From contig JAPYRX010000002.1 of NCBI GenBank assembly GCA_029936815.1, positions 109,669 through 173,668 on the forward strand: a stretch of DNA of 64,000 nucleotides, given 5' to 3'. A program made the translations under genes and the position numbers. This DNA comes from Dehalococcoidia bacterium (GTDB taxonomy: Bacteria; Chloroflexota; Dehalococcoidia; Lucifugimonadales; GCA-002694895). The notes under the pieces are model-generated. The model was given only the letters and a program-made list of their open reading frames with translations, was not told the origin of the DNA and ran no database searches. This document shows, one piece after another, positions 1-9,499 of this stretch (its first letter is position 1; each line of letters opens with the position of its first letter).

Positions 1-1
1 T

Positions 2-232
2 GATAATAAAGAAAAATATTCTAGAGTAGGAATTTCATCTGTTAAAAATTATGGCAATGCAGTTCAAAGAAATAAAATTATAAGGAGAATTAAATCTATT
101 ATTCCTATGATTAATATTATTCAAGGAAAAGATATTATTATTATAGCAAGGAAAAAAACAAAATATACTAAATTTGAAATTATTCAGAATGAATTAATTA
201 GCCTTTTTAGTACATGTGGATTATCTTGTTAA
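2..232 (+). CDS. rnpA: Ribonuclease P protein component, 5'-truncated by window edge
   Basis: Manual frame-2 translation DNKEKYSRVGISSVKNYGNAVQRNKIIRRIKS...DIIIIAR matches the RnpA RNR-motif region; directly upstream of yidD. Confidence 0.9.
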   Translation, partial: DNKEKYSRVGISSVKNYGNAVQRNKIIRRIKSIIPMINIIQGKDIIIIARKKTKYTKFEIIQNELISLFSTCGLSC

Positions 233-252
233 ATCTTAGATTAATTAAATAA

Positions 253-462
253 ATGAAACAAATTTTAATCTTGTTAATTAAATTTTATCAAAAGGCAATA
301 TCTGGATACCTTCCAAGTTCTTGTAGATATTTACCCAGTTGTTCTCAATACGCCTTGGACGCTCTTTCTAAATACAATTTTTTAAAAGCATCCCATATGA
401 TATTCGTAAGACTTTTAAGATGTAATCCATTCAATAACAGGGGGTATGACCCTGTTCAATAA
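253..462 (+). CDS. yidD: Membrane protein insertion efficiency factor
   Basis: CRYLPSCSQY...RLLRCNPF...GYDPV motifs; rnpA-yidD-yidC context. Confidence 0.95.
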   Translation: MKQILILLIKFYQKAISGYLPSSCRYLPSCSQYALDALSKYNFLKASHMIFVRLLRCNPFNNRGYDPVQ

Positions 463-1627
463 ATTATTATTCACATGTTTATTTATATCAATATTTTTGA
501 TTTCGTGTACTGGAAATAGATTTCAAGGTTCAGGATGGTCTTCTCCGTTAGTTGATAATAATGAAGTCTTTATAGCTACTATCGATGGAGAACTTATTTC
601 AATTGATCTTACAAGTGGTAAGGAAAAATGGAGAGCTACATCACTTGATGATCAAAATGGAAAATATACTTCTAAAGCTATATATTCCAAACCATTTGTA
701 TTTGATGAAAAAGTTTTTATTGGAACTCCAGCTGGAAGAGTATTAGGATTTAATAGATTGTCAGGATTAGATGAAGTATCTTTACAAGATATTGAAGAAA
801 AAATTCTAATGTCTGAAGAATCTTATGGTCCAATAATTGTTGGAAACATTATACTTCTAAACAGAAATAAAATAATTGTTCCTTCATCAAATGGTGAAAT
901 TTCTATATTTAGCTATAATGAATCAGAAATGTTTGAACCAACTTGCAATTTTAAAGCAAAAGATGCGATATGGACAACTCCTATAATAGATCCAAATAGC
1001 AATCAAATTATTTTCGGATCTATGGATGGGAATTTGTATTCTATAGATGAAGAATGTAAATTGAATTGGCAATATAACACTGAATCCAGTATTGTTGGAA
1101 CACCAATTTTAGATAAAAATGAAGTATATTTTGGTACTTTAAACAGAACGTTTTATTCACTAAATATTTCTACAGGCGAACTTATATGGAAATTTGATAA
1201 TGCGAAAGGTTGGTTTTGGGCATCACCTATCATGGATTCAAATATTATTTATGCCCCCAATTTAGATGGGAGTATTTATGCATTGAGGAAAAATAATGGA
1301 CAAATCATGTGGAAATACGATGGTAAAGATCCCATTGTCTCTTCTCCTGTTGTAATAAATGATTTTTTAATTTTTGTGACAAAAAACGGAGAATTACAGG
1401 TAATACACAAAGAATCAAAACGAAAACTTGGGAATTGCGATATAGATCATAAAATTTATTCTGCTATTGAGAATTATGATGACATGATATTTATACAAGT
1501 GTCAGATGGCTCGGTGAGAGGATATAAAATTAAGAAAAATGGCAATCCTGATGAATTATGGGCAAAACCATTTTTCACCCCTGAAGATGATGATAGAAAT
1601 AATGAAGATTGGGACCCTTCGTGTTAA
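446..1627 (+). CDS. PQQ-like (BamB-type) beta-propeller repeat lipoprotein
   Basis: Lipobox FLISC; repeated SSP/TTP...GSxDGxxYxxD...G..xW beta-propeller blades. Confidence 0.85.
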   Translation: MTLFNKLLFTCLFISIFLISCTGNRFQGSGWSSPLVDNNEVFIATIDGELISIDLTSGKEKWRATSLDDQNGKYTSKAIYSKPFVFDEKVFIGTPAGRVLGFNRLSGLDEVSLQDIEEKILMSEESYGPIIVGNIILLNRNKIIVPSSNGEISIFSYNESEMFEPTCNFKAKDAIWTTPIIDPNSNQIIFGSMDGNLYSIDEECKLNWQYNTESSIVGTPILDKNEVYFGTLNRTFYSLNISTGELIWKFDNAKGWFWASPIMDSNIIYAPNLDGSIYALRKNNGQIMWKYDGKDPIVSSPVVINDFLIFVTKNGELQVIHKESKRKLGNCDIDHKIYSAIENYDDMIFIQVSDGSVRGYKIKKNGNPDELWAKPFFTPEDDDRNNEDWDPSC

Positions 1628-1642
1628 TAAACAAGGTTAAAC

Positions 1643-2581
1643 ATGGAAATTTTTGCTGACATATGGAATTTAGTATTTATTAGGCCAATGGTAAATAGCC
1701 TGATTATTCTTTATATATTTTTAGGGAGTAGTTTTGGGTTAAGTATTATTTCATTTACTGTTTTCATTCGATTGATTATGTTTCCATTATCTATGAGACA
1801 AACAAAGCAAATGAAAGCAATGTCTCTCATTCAACCGAAAATTAAAGCTATACAAGAAAAATACAAAAATGATCGACAGAGAATATCTAAAGAAACCATG
1901 AGTATATACAAACAACAAGGAATCAATCCTGTTGGATGTTTAGGGCCTTTGATAATACAAATGCCAATTTTCATAGGCTTATATCAAGCTTTATATATTA
2001 CTCTTCCATCTAGTCCGGAAAATTTAACTCAGCTGTATGATTCGATATATGGATTTATACCTATCATAAACCAGGCAATTCCTATTGATGGTAATTTTTT
2101 ATGGTTAAATCTAGAAACAATAGTTGGATCGTCAGATCTATACACAAAAATTTCTCTTCCGATTTTAGTAGCTGCATCAACATTCTTGATGCAAAAAACA
2201 ACCGCAACACCAGCTATGGACGACAGGCAAAAATCAACTAATAGAATGATGTTATGGTTTATGCCTTTATTATTAGGATATTTTACATTGAGTTTTCCGA
2301 GTGGATTAGCCTTATATTGGTTGATATCCAATGTTATAGGAACAATTATTCAACTGTTAATTACAGGGAAAATTCAAAACCCGTTTAATTTGAATTCTAA
2401 ATTGATAGATGAAGCTCCAGATATAATTATTGAAAATGAAAACAAAAATACAACTATTCAAGAAAAGGATCAAGATGAAAGTAGTAGAAACGTCAGCAAA
2501 AACAATAGAAGAAGCAATAGACATCGCTCTGGTAGAACTAAACGCAAGCAGGGAAGAGGTGGAAATCAAAGTAATAAATAG
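1643..2581 (+). CDS. yidC: Membrane protein insertase YidC/Oxa1
   Basis: FTVFIRLIMFPL, QPKIKAIQEKYK, NPVGCLGPLIIQMPIF, PSGLALYW motifs. Confidence 0.95.
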   Translation: MEIFADIWNLVFIRPMVNSLIILYIFLGSSFGLSIISFTVFIRLIMFPLSMRQTKQMKAMSLIQPKIKAIQEKYKNDRQRISKETMSIYKQQGINPVGCLGPLIIQMPIFIGLYQALYITLPSSPENLTQLYDSIYGFIPIINQAIPIDGNFLWLNLETIVGSSDLYTKISLPILVAASTFLMQKTTATPAMDDRQKSTNRMMLWFMPLLLGYFTLSFPSGLALYWLISNVIGTIIQLLITGKIQNPFNLNSKLIDEAPDIIIENENKNTTIQEKDQDESSRNVSKNNRRSNRHRSGRTKRKQGRGGNQSNK

Positions 2582-3116
2582 AGGGAAAAGCGGGTTGTTG
2601 GGATTTGGAAATGAACAAGCTAAAGTAAAAGTTGAGAAAAAAACTGATATTCCAGAAAACATTCACAATGCATATGAAATTTTAAGAACTATCTTGAAGC
2701 ATTTTGATTCTGAAATGAAAATAACTACTAAAGTTATTACTAACGGTAAAATTTCTGATTCTATACTTTCTTTAGACGGTGATGATGCTGCTCTAATTAT
2801 TGGACGAAGAGGAGAGACACTTAGATCATTGCAATATATAGTAAATCTTATGATTCAGAAGAAATTAAATAATAGAGATCAATTAATATCTTTGGACGTA
2901 GAAGGATATATTGAAAAAAAATTAACACATCTTTTTCAACTATCTCAAAGAATGGAAACCAAGGTTATAAAATCAAACAAAAAAGTTTCTTTGGAACCAA
3001 TGTCAGCATACGATAGAAGATATATTCATAGATACTTTGCAGATCATAATAAAATAATTTCTGAAAGTGAAGATTTTGGACGAAACAGGCATGTTGTTTT
3101 AAAATTAAAAAATTAG
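2475..3116 (+). CDS. khpB: Jag/KhpB (EloR) RNA-binding protein (Jag_N, KH, R3H)
   Basis: MKVVETSAKTIEEAI N-terminus (start reassigned to ATG 2475); IIGRRGETLRSLQY KH motif; PMSAYDRRYIH R3H motif. Confidence 0.9.
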   Translation: MKVVETSAKTIEEAIDIALVELNASREEVEIKVINRGKSGLLGFGNEQAKVKVEKKTDIPENIHNAYEILRTILKHFDSEMKITTKVITNGKISDSILSLDGDDAALIIGRRGETLRSLQYIVNLMIQKKLNNRDQLISLDVEGYIEKKLTHLFQLSQRMETKVIKSNKKVSLEPMSAYDRRYIHRYFADHNKIISESEDFGRNRHVVLKLKN

Positions 3117-3136
3117 TTAATTTAATAATAAACAAT

Positions 3137-4003
3137 TTGATTGATTTCAATGAAAAAATTGATTTTGACAAATCATATGATTTAGTCATCATTGGTAATA
3201 TAACGAAAGATTATATTAATGACTCTGAACAATATATTTTAGGTGGCTCTAGTCTCTATGCAGGAATTGCATCTGCAAATATTGGTGTCAATACTATGAT
3301 TATTAGTAATCATTCAATTAATCATAAAGAATTACCTGAATTTGAAAAATTACAAATCTTATCATCTGACCATGAATTTACAACAGAGTTTTTGTGGACA
3401 TATGAAAATGATAAAAGATTTGGTTATTTGAATAACAAAACAAAAACAATTGAATTGAATTTCAAGAGAAAATTAAAAACAAAAATGCTTATGCTAGCCC
3501 CTGTTTTTGATGAAATCGAAATCAATATCAAAGACAATTTTGAATATGAAATTTGCTTGTTGTCACCGCAAGGTTTATTAAGAAGTTCTAACGGTAATTC
3601 AAAGATTTTTTTAGATAAAAATAATTTACAGCATTTAATTTGTGGTGTGCATATTATTAGTTGTTCTGAGGAAGAAGAAAACTATTTATATAGAAATCCT
3701 TCTGCCGAAAATTGTTTTGATTATATTTCAGTTACGTTAGGAAATAAAGGATCTAAACTTTATAATAAATATAATTGTACGCATTTCCCTGGATATATTC
3801 CTGACAAAATCATTGATCCTACGGGAGCAGGTGATGTTTTCTCATTATATTTATTGGTTTTTTATTATAAAACTAATAATATTGAATTTGCTGTTAAAAT
3901 AGCAAATTGTGCTGCTAGTTTTGTTGTTGAAGGCTTAGGTATCAGCACAATCCCTAGTTTTAGAAGTGTTAAAAAAAGATTGATGGAGAATATTAATGAA
4001 TAA
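3137..4003 (+). CDS. PfkB-family carbohydrate kinase
   Basis: GG near N-terminus, VTLGNKG, DPTGAGDVF PfkB signature. Confidence 0.85.
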   Translation: MIDFNEKIDFDKSYDLVIIGNITKDYINDSEQYILGGSSLYAGIASANIGVNTMIISNHSINHKELPEFEKLQILSSDHEFTTEFLWTYENDKRFGYLNNKTKTIELNFKRKLKTKMLMLAPVFDEIEINIKDNFEYEICLLSPQGLLRSSNGNSKIFLDKNNLQHLICGVHIISCSEEEENYLYRNPSAENCFDYISVTLGNKGSKLYNKYNCTHFPGYIPDKIIDPTGAGDVFSLYLLVFYYKTNNIEFAVKIANCAASFVVEGLGISTIPSFRSVKKRLMENINE

Positions 4004-4736
4004 TGCTGAACCTATTTCTGTATTCAATTCAGGTAAATATATAATTATTTCTCTAGAAAACGAAATAATTAGTCCTGAAGAAATTTATTATGACCTTAAT
4101 TCGATTATACAAGAAATTAATATAAATCAAGATATATGGGTAGTGGGATTTGATTTAACAAAAGTGGCAAAAATTTGTGATATAAAAAGTAGTTCTGAAT
4201 CGTTAAACATTAGTTTAACAAAATTAATTCTTGAAATTAAAAAACCAGTGATTGGATTAGTAAGCGGTGAAATTTCAAATAGATTATTTGAAATGATCCT
4301 CCCTATGGATTATAGAATTACTGATAAAAAATCAATTTTTATAATGTCTCAGATTTTTAATGATAACATGCAATTTGACGGAGCTACTCAATTGCTACCA
4401 AGGATTATAGGGCTTAATAAATCTAAGGAATTAATAATGTTTGGTAAGCAAATTAATTCGAAAGAAGCTCATGAAATGGGATTGGTAAATATTATTGTAG
4501 ATGAAGAAAAGTTAAATGAAATATTTACTCGTAAAATAGAATTATTAACTCAATTCTCCCCATTAGCAATGCAATTTACCAAAAGCGCTATTAATTTTAG
4601 TAAAGATACAAATACTATCAGAGGAATGAATATGGAAAACGACTTGTATTCAATTCTTTTGTCTAGTAAAGATAGAACTTCTTCGATTAATTCAATAAAA
4701 AATAAAAATAAGAGAAAGCCATATTCTGGAAAATAA
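3996..4736 (+). CDS. Enoyl-CoA hydratase/isomerase family protein, divergent
   Basis: KKPVIGLVSG, GATQLLPRIIG, EAHEMGLVN crotonase-fold motifs. Confidence 0.75.
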   Translation: MNNAEPISVFNSGKYIIISLENEIISPEEIYYDLNSIIQEININQDIWVVGFDLTKVAKICDIKSSSESLNISLTKLILEIKKPVIGLVSGEISNRLFEMILPMDYRITDKKSIFIMSQIFNDNMQFDGATQLLPRIIGLNKSKELIMFGKQINSKEAHEMGLVNIIVDEEKLNEIFTRKIELLTQFSPLAMQFTKSAINFSKDTNTIRGMNMENDLYSILLSSKDRTSSINSIKNKNKRKPYSGK

Positions 4737-5450
4737 ATGAGTTGGGAATATATAAAATTTGATAAAAACGAGCATGTTGCGAAAATTATTTTTAATAATC
4801 CTCAAAAAAATAATGCTTTAAATATACTTATGAGATCTGAGTTTTCGGAAGTATTAAATGCTTGTAGTATAGACGATGAAATAAAAGTGGTTATTATCAC
4901 AACAAATTCTGAAAATTTTTGTTCAGGAGCAGATTTGTCTGAGTTTAATACGTTTCCATCAATAGTGGAATCAAATTTGATATCGAAAAATAATAATTTA
5001 TGGAAAGATTTATACAATTTTGAGAAACCCATTATTTGTTTAACTAAAGGATGGGTTATTGGTTCTGGATTTGAAATTATAATGTTAAGCGATTTTGTTT
5101 TTTCTCATACTAGTTCCATATTTAAGATGCCCGAGGTAGAATTGTCACTCACTCCAATTTCAGGAGGAACACAGACATTTCTAAATAAAACAAATATAGC
5201 AATAGCAAAGGAAATAATGTTATTTTCTGAAGAAATTGATGTTTACAAAGCGTATAATTTTGGAATTATAAATTTTTATTCTGATGATTATAATATATTG
5301 ATTGAACAGGTACGAAAATTTACAGAAAATATTAAAACCATAGATTTGAAAAGATTGAAAATTGTAAAAAAATTATTAAATCTGAGTACAGAAGAAAATT
5401 TATATTTAGGGAAACATTGGGAACAATATTATTCCACAACCTTAAGGTGA
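4737..5450 (+). CDS. Enoyl-CoA hydratase/isomerase family protein
   Basis: FCSGADLSE, KPII, GSGFE, MPEV...GGTQ motifs. Confidence 0.85.
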   Translation: MSWEYIKFDKNEHVAKIIFNNPQKNNALNILMRSEFSEVLNACSIDDEIKVVIITTNSENFCSGADLSEFNTFPSIVESNLISKNNNLWKDLYNFEKPIICLTKGWVIGSGFEIIMLSDFVFSHTSSIFKMPEVELSLTPISGGTQTFLNKTNIAIAKEIMLFSEEIDVYKAYNFGIINFYSDDYNILIEQVRKFTENIKTIDLKRLKIVKKLLNLSTEENLYLGKHWEQYYSTTLR

Positions 5451-5454
5451 TTAA

Positions 5455-7014
5455 GTGAACATTTATGATTTGTTAGATATAACTGCGTCAATATGCCCTG
5501 ATCGTGAAGGGTTTGTATATAAAGATAAATCTTTATCCTTTACAGAACTTAGAGATGAAGTGCTAACTCTTTCTCAATCTTTAATAAATTTGGGATTAAA
5601 AACTGGAGATAGAGTTTTTTATTTTCATACAAATACAATTCGTTGGATAACTATAACGCTTGCTTGTGCCAGAATCGGAGTAGTTCTTGTCCCTATTAAT
5701 TACAGATCTAATCCTGAAGAATTAAGTTTCATGTTAGAAGATAGTACTCCCAAAATCATATTTGCTGGAACGCGTTATCATAAATTAATATCTTCAGCAA
5801 TTAATAAAATAAGTGCTTCTATTATAAATGTAAACATAGAAGGAGAATTATCAGATGGATGGATAGATTATAAAACTTTAGTTATCAATTCTGATGTAAA
5901 TGAAATTGAAATACCGGACAATGACAATAATATGGCATTATTAGTATATACAGCTGGAACGACGAATACACCAAAAGCTGTGATGTTAAATCATTCAAGT
6001 TTTTGTGAGTTTGCTTTGAATAATTTAAACCCTGCTGATCCGGAATTTATAGAAATTAACCTTTTATCGGTGCCCTTATATCATGTCGCAGGTATACAGA
6101 CACTAATTTCTGGAATATATTCCGGAAGAACAACTGTTATACAAGATCAGTTTGATGCTTTAGATTGGATGGAATTGGTACAAAAACATAAAGTTAATCG
6201 AGTTATGGTTGTACCTACTATGATAAAACAAATTATTGATAATCAATATTTTGAAAACTATAATTTTAATTCATTAAAAGTTATAACATATGGCGCAGCT
6301 CCAATGCCAATTAGTGTTTTAGTAGAAGCTATTCGGAAATTTGATAATGCTAATTTCATCAATGCATTTGGTCAAACAGAGACTGCATCTACAATAACTT
6401 CTCTAGGACCTGAAGATCATAAAATTGAAGGTACTGATGAAGAAAAAGAATTAAAACTAAAAAGATTATCTTCTATTGGGAAACCATTACCTGATGTAGA
6501 AGTTAAAATTGTTAATGAAAACGAAGAAGAAGTTAAGCCTATGATTATAGGAGAAATAATTGCTAAAGGTGTGAGGATAATGTCGGGTTATTGGAATAAT
6601 GATGAAGCTACGAAGTCAGTACTGAAAAATGGTTGGCTTTATACGGGTGATTTAGGATATATTGATTTAGATGGATATATATTTTTATCAGGCAGGGAAA
6701 AGGATTTTATTAAGCGTGGAGGAGAGATGATTTCACCTGAAGAAATTGAACAAATATTATATAGACACAATAGTGTTGACGAAGTTGCGGTAATAGGATT
6801 ACCAGATGATCAATGGGGAGAAGTAGTTACAGCAGTTATAGTAACTAAGTCAGGAATTGATATAACTGAAAATGAAATAACTGATTATTGCAAAGATAAA
6901 TTGTCTAGTTATAAGAGACCTGAAAAAATTATTTTTGAAAATTATTTACCTAGAAATTCTATGGGGAAAATTCTCAAAAAAGATTTGAGAAAAAAGTATT
7001 CTGATTTATTCTGA
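5455..7014 (+). CDS. Acyl-CoA synthetase (AMP-forming, long-chain fatty acid CoA ligase-like)
   Basis: YTAGTTNTPK P-loop, FGQTE, TGDLG, GREKD, LPRNSMGK. Confidence 0.9.
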   Translation: MNIYDLLDITASICPDREGFVYKDKSLSFTELRDEVLTLSQSLINLGLKTGDRVFYFHTNTIRWITITLACARIGVVLVPINYRSNPEELSFMLEDSTPKIIFAGTRYHKLISSAINKISASIINVNIEGELSDGWIDYKTLVINSDVNEIEIPDNDNNMALLVYTAGTTNTPKAVMLNHSSFCEFALNNLNPADPEFIEINLLSVPLYHVAGIQTLISGIYSGRTTVIQDQFDALDWMELVQKHKVNRVMVVPTMIKQIIDNQYFENYNFNSLKVITYGAAPMPISVLVEAIRKFDNANFINAFGQTETASTITSLGPEDHKIEGTDEEKELKLKRLSSIGKPLPDVEVKIVNENEEEVKPMIIGEIIAKGVRIMSGYWNNDEATKSVLKNGWLYTGDLGYIDLDGYIFLSGREKDFIKRGGEMISPEEIEQILYRHNSVDEVAVIGLPDDQWGEVVTAVIVTKSGIDITENEITDYCKDKLSSYKRPEKIIFENYLPRNSMGKILKKDLRKKYSDLF

Positions 7015-8271
7015 AATTATTTTTTTAAAATTAGTATACTTCCATAAAGTTTCTGGTATATCAATACTTAAGTCTTCATTTTGAAAAGATTCAAGGATAG
7101 CAATTATTATCCTTGGTAACGCAAGTCCTGATCCATTTAAAGTATGTAAGTATTCTGTTTTAGATTTGGCAGTTTTTTTGTATCTTATGTTAGCTCTTCT
7201 ACTTTGGAAATCTGTACAATTTGATACTGAACTAACTTCTAACCATTCTTTTGACCCAGGAGACCACACTTCAATATCATAGGTTTTATTTGCGCAAAAT
7301 CCAAGATCTCCAGTACAAAGTAATTTCACTCTATAAGTTAGGCCTAGTTTTTTACATAAATTAATACATGTTTCTAACATGGATTCCAACGTTAAATTTG
7401 ATTTATCCGGTTCAACATATTGATATAATTCAACTTTTTCAAATTGATGAACTCTTTTAATTCCTCTTGTATCTTTACCTGCTGCTGCTTTTTCATTTCT
7501 GTAACAAGGAGTTTGCGCTACTATTTTTATTGGTAATTGATCAGAATGTAATATTTCGTTGCTGTATATATTTGTAATAGGAACTTCTGCTGTTGGAATT
7601 AACCATAGTTTTGATTCTTGATCACTGAACATTGTGCCCTTAAATTTTGGTAATTGTCCAGCACCTCTAACAACAGATTCTTTTACAAGGTTTGGTAAAT
7701 AATATTCTTCGTAATCATTATCTAAGTGATGATCAAGCATCCAATTTATTAACGCTCTTTGTAATTGTGCAGCCTTATTCTTGAGAATATAAAATCTTGA
7801 TCCTGATAATTTTACTCCTCTTTCAAAATCTATCAAATCTAGTTTTGAAGCTATATCCCAATGAGGCAATGGCGTGAATTTATCATTATCTTTATAATTT
7901 TCAGAAAATATAATTTCATTAAAGTCTTCGTTTTTACCTAATGGCACTTCTGAAGATGGAATGTTAGGTATAGTCAAAAGTATAGAAGTAAGCCTTTTGT
8001 TTATTTCACTTAATTTACTCTCATCAGATTTTATTTTATCTCCTAATTCTCTCATTTCACGAATAATGATCTCAGGCTTATCTTGCATTTGACTTAATTC
8101 TTTCGAAGTTTTGTTTCTATTAGATCTTGATGAGTCTATATGTTCAATTAATTGCCTTCTTTCCATGTCTAGTTTGTATACATTGTCTAAATCTGATTTA
8201 TCAACATTTCTGTTAATAAGGGCATTAATTGTATTTTTATCTTTATTTCTTAGCAGTTCAATATTTAGCAT
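7006..8271 (-). CDS. serS: Seryl-tRNA synthetase
   Basis: LIPTAEVP, RGIKRVHQFEKVE, EVSSVSNCTDFQSRR, TLNGSGLA. Confidence 0.97.
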   Translation of the reverse strand: MLNIELLRNKDKNTINALINRNVDKSDLDNVYKLDMERRQLIEHIDSSRSNRNKTSKELSQMQDKPEIIIREMRELGDKIKSDESKLSEINKRLTSILLTIPNIPSSEVPLGKNEDFNEIIFSENYKDNDKFTPLPHWDIASKLDLIDFERGVKLSGSRFYILKNKAAQLQRALINWMLDHHLDNDYEEYYLPNLVKESVVRGAGQLPKFKGTMFSDQESKLWLIPTAEVPITNIYSNEILHSDQLPIKIVAQTPCYRNEKAAAGKDTRGIKRVHQFEKVELYQYVEPDKSNLTLESMLETCINLCKKLGLTYRVKLLCTGDLGFCANKTYDIEVWSPGSKEWLEVSSVSNCTDFQSRRANIRYKKTAKSKTEYLHTLNGSGLALPRIIIAILESFQNEDLSIDIPETLWKYTNFKKIISE

Positions 8272-8292
8272 TTCAATCCTGTTTTTATTAAA

Positions 8293-9426
8293 TCACTTTG
8301 ATAATTCTATTATGTTGCTCAACTTCTCAGCAATAGTATTGATATCATTTTCATTTACTTCGCCCATGCGGAATATTAAGGATTTAGAGTCATTTCCTCT
8401 GGCCCAAATACTTGGATTACCAGATTCTAATTCTTTGGAAATATCTAATGCATTAATATGATTGTTAAATGTAATATTTAACCCTACTGTAGTCCCTGAT
8501 ATTTCAGGTTCTGAAACTATAATATGTGGAATTGGACGTATTAATTTAGTTAATATTAAAGCTTTTTTTTCAGCTTCTTCCATGCGTTCCTCATGATTCA
8601 TTGTTAACCAAGTTTTTAAAGCTACATAAACTGCAACAACATCTTCTTTATCCATTTTCATGGATCTACCTATAGTTCTCAATTTTCCGAATTCAAATCC
8701 GATAAAACTATGCATTTTTGCAGCATCTATGATCTCAGACTTTCCTACAACCATGCCAGTTCCATTAAGAGCACCAAAATACTTGGCACCGTAGGCTACT
8801 GCATCAGCCCCCATTTTAGTAAATTTTGACAGTTTGTCAGTAGGATAAACCTGTCCTGCAGCATCTACTATTACGTAAATATTGTGATCTTTTGCAATTT
8901 TGATTATTGTCTCTAGATCTAATGCTTTAGTATGATCTCCAGAAGAATTAACGCTTTTTCCACCAGGTAAATAATGAATAGCTAATGTATTTTGATTAAT
9001 TGCATTTGTTATATGTTCAATTGTGGTTTTTTCTTTTAATCCAACTTCTATTAATTTTGCCCCAGCAACTTCGATTGCTTTATCATAAGGGACTCTTAAT
9101 TGAGTTTGGATTATAACTTCATTTTTCATTCCTGAAGTATCAGGTATTTGCTCAATTAAATTCTTGTTTTTACCTGTCATTGCTCCTGCTGTAGCAAGTG
9201 TTAGACCTGAAGCTGCTCCAGGTGTAATCAAAGCAGATTCGCATCCGATAAGATCTGCAATTAAAGAATTACAAGTAATTGTTAAATCTTCCATGCTTAC
9301 ATAATTATTAGAAGCTGATTCTATAGCTTCTTTTACTTTACCTGAGGGTGTATTACCTCCAAGAACAGTCGAGTTTCCTAGGCAATTAATAATCTTTTTT
9401 ACTCCGATTTCATTATATATATCCAT
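8293..9426 (-). CDS. SelA-like PLP-dependent enzyme (short SelA-related/DgaE-like family)
   Basis: IGVKKIINCLGNSTVLGG, GAASGL, IVDAAG, YGAK putative PLP lysine, IGRSMKMDKE; lacks the N-terminal extension of canonical SelA. Confidence 0.75.
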   Translation of the reverse strand: MDIYNEIGVKKIINCLGNSTVLGGNTPSGKVKEAIESASNNYVSMEDLTITCNSLIADLIGCESALITPGAASGLTLATAGAMTGKNKNLIEQIPDTSGMKNEVIIQTQLRVPYDKAIEVAGAKLIEVGLKEKTTIEHITNAINQNTLAIHYLPGGKSVNSSGDHTKALDLETIIKIAKDHNIYVIVDAAGQVYPTDKLSKFTKMGADAVAYGAKYFGALNGTGMVVGKSEIIDAAKMHSFIGFEFGKLRTIGRSMKMDKEDVVAVYVALKTWLTMNHEERMEEAEKKALILTKLIRPIPHIIVSEPEISGTTVGLNITFNNHINALDISKELESGNPSIWARGNDSKSLIFRMGEVNENDINTIAEKLSNIIELSK

Positions 9427-9499
9427 TTTTATTCCTTGAAATAAATGTAACAATTTTAGTTATACTTAATATAATTAAATATATTTAAATTATATTACT

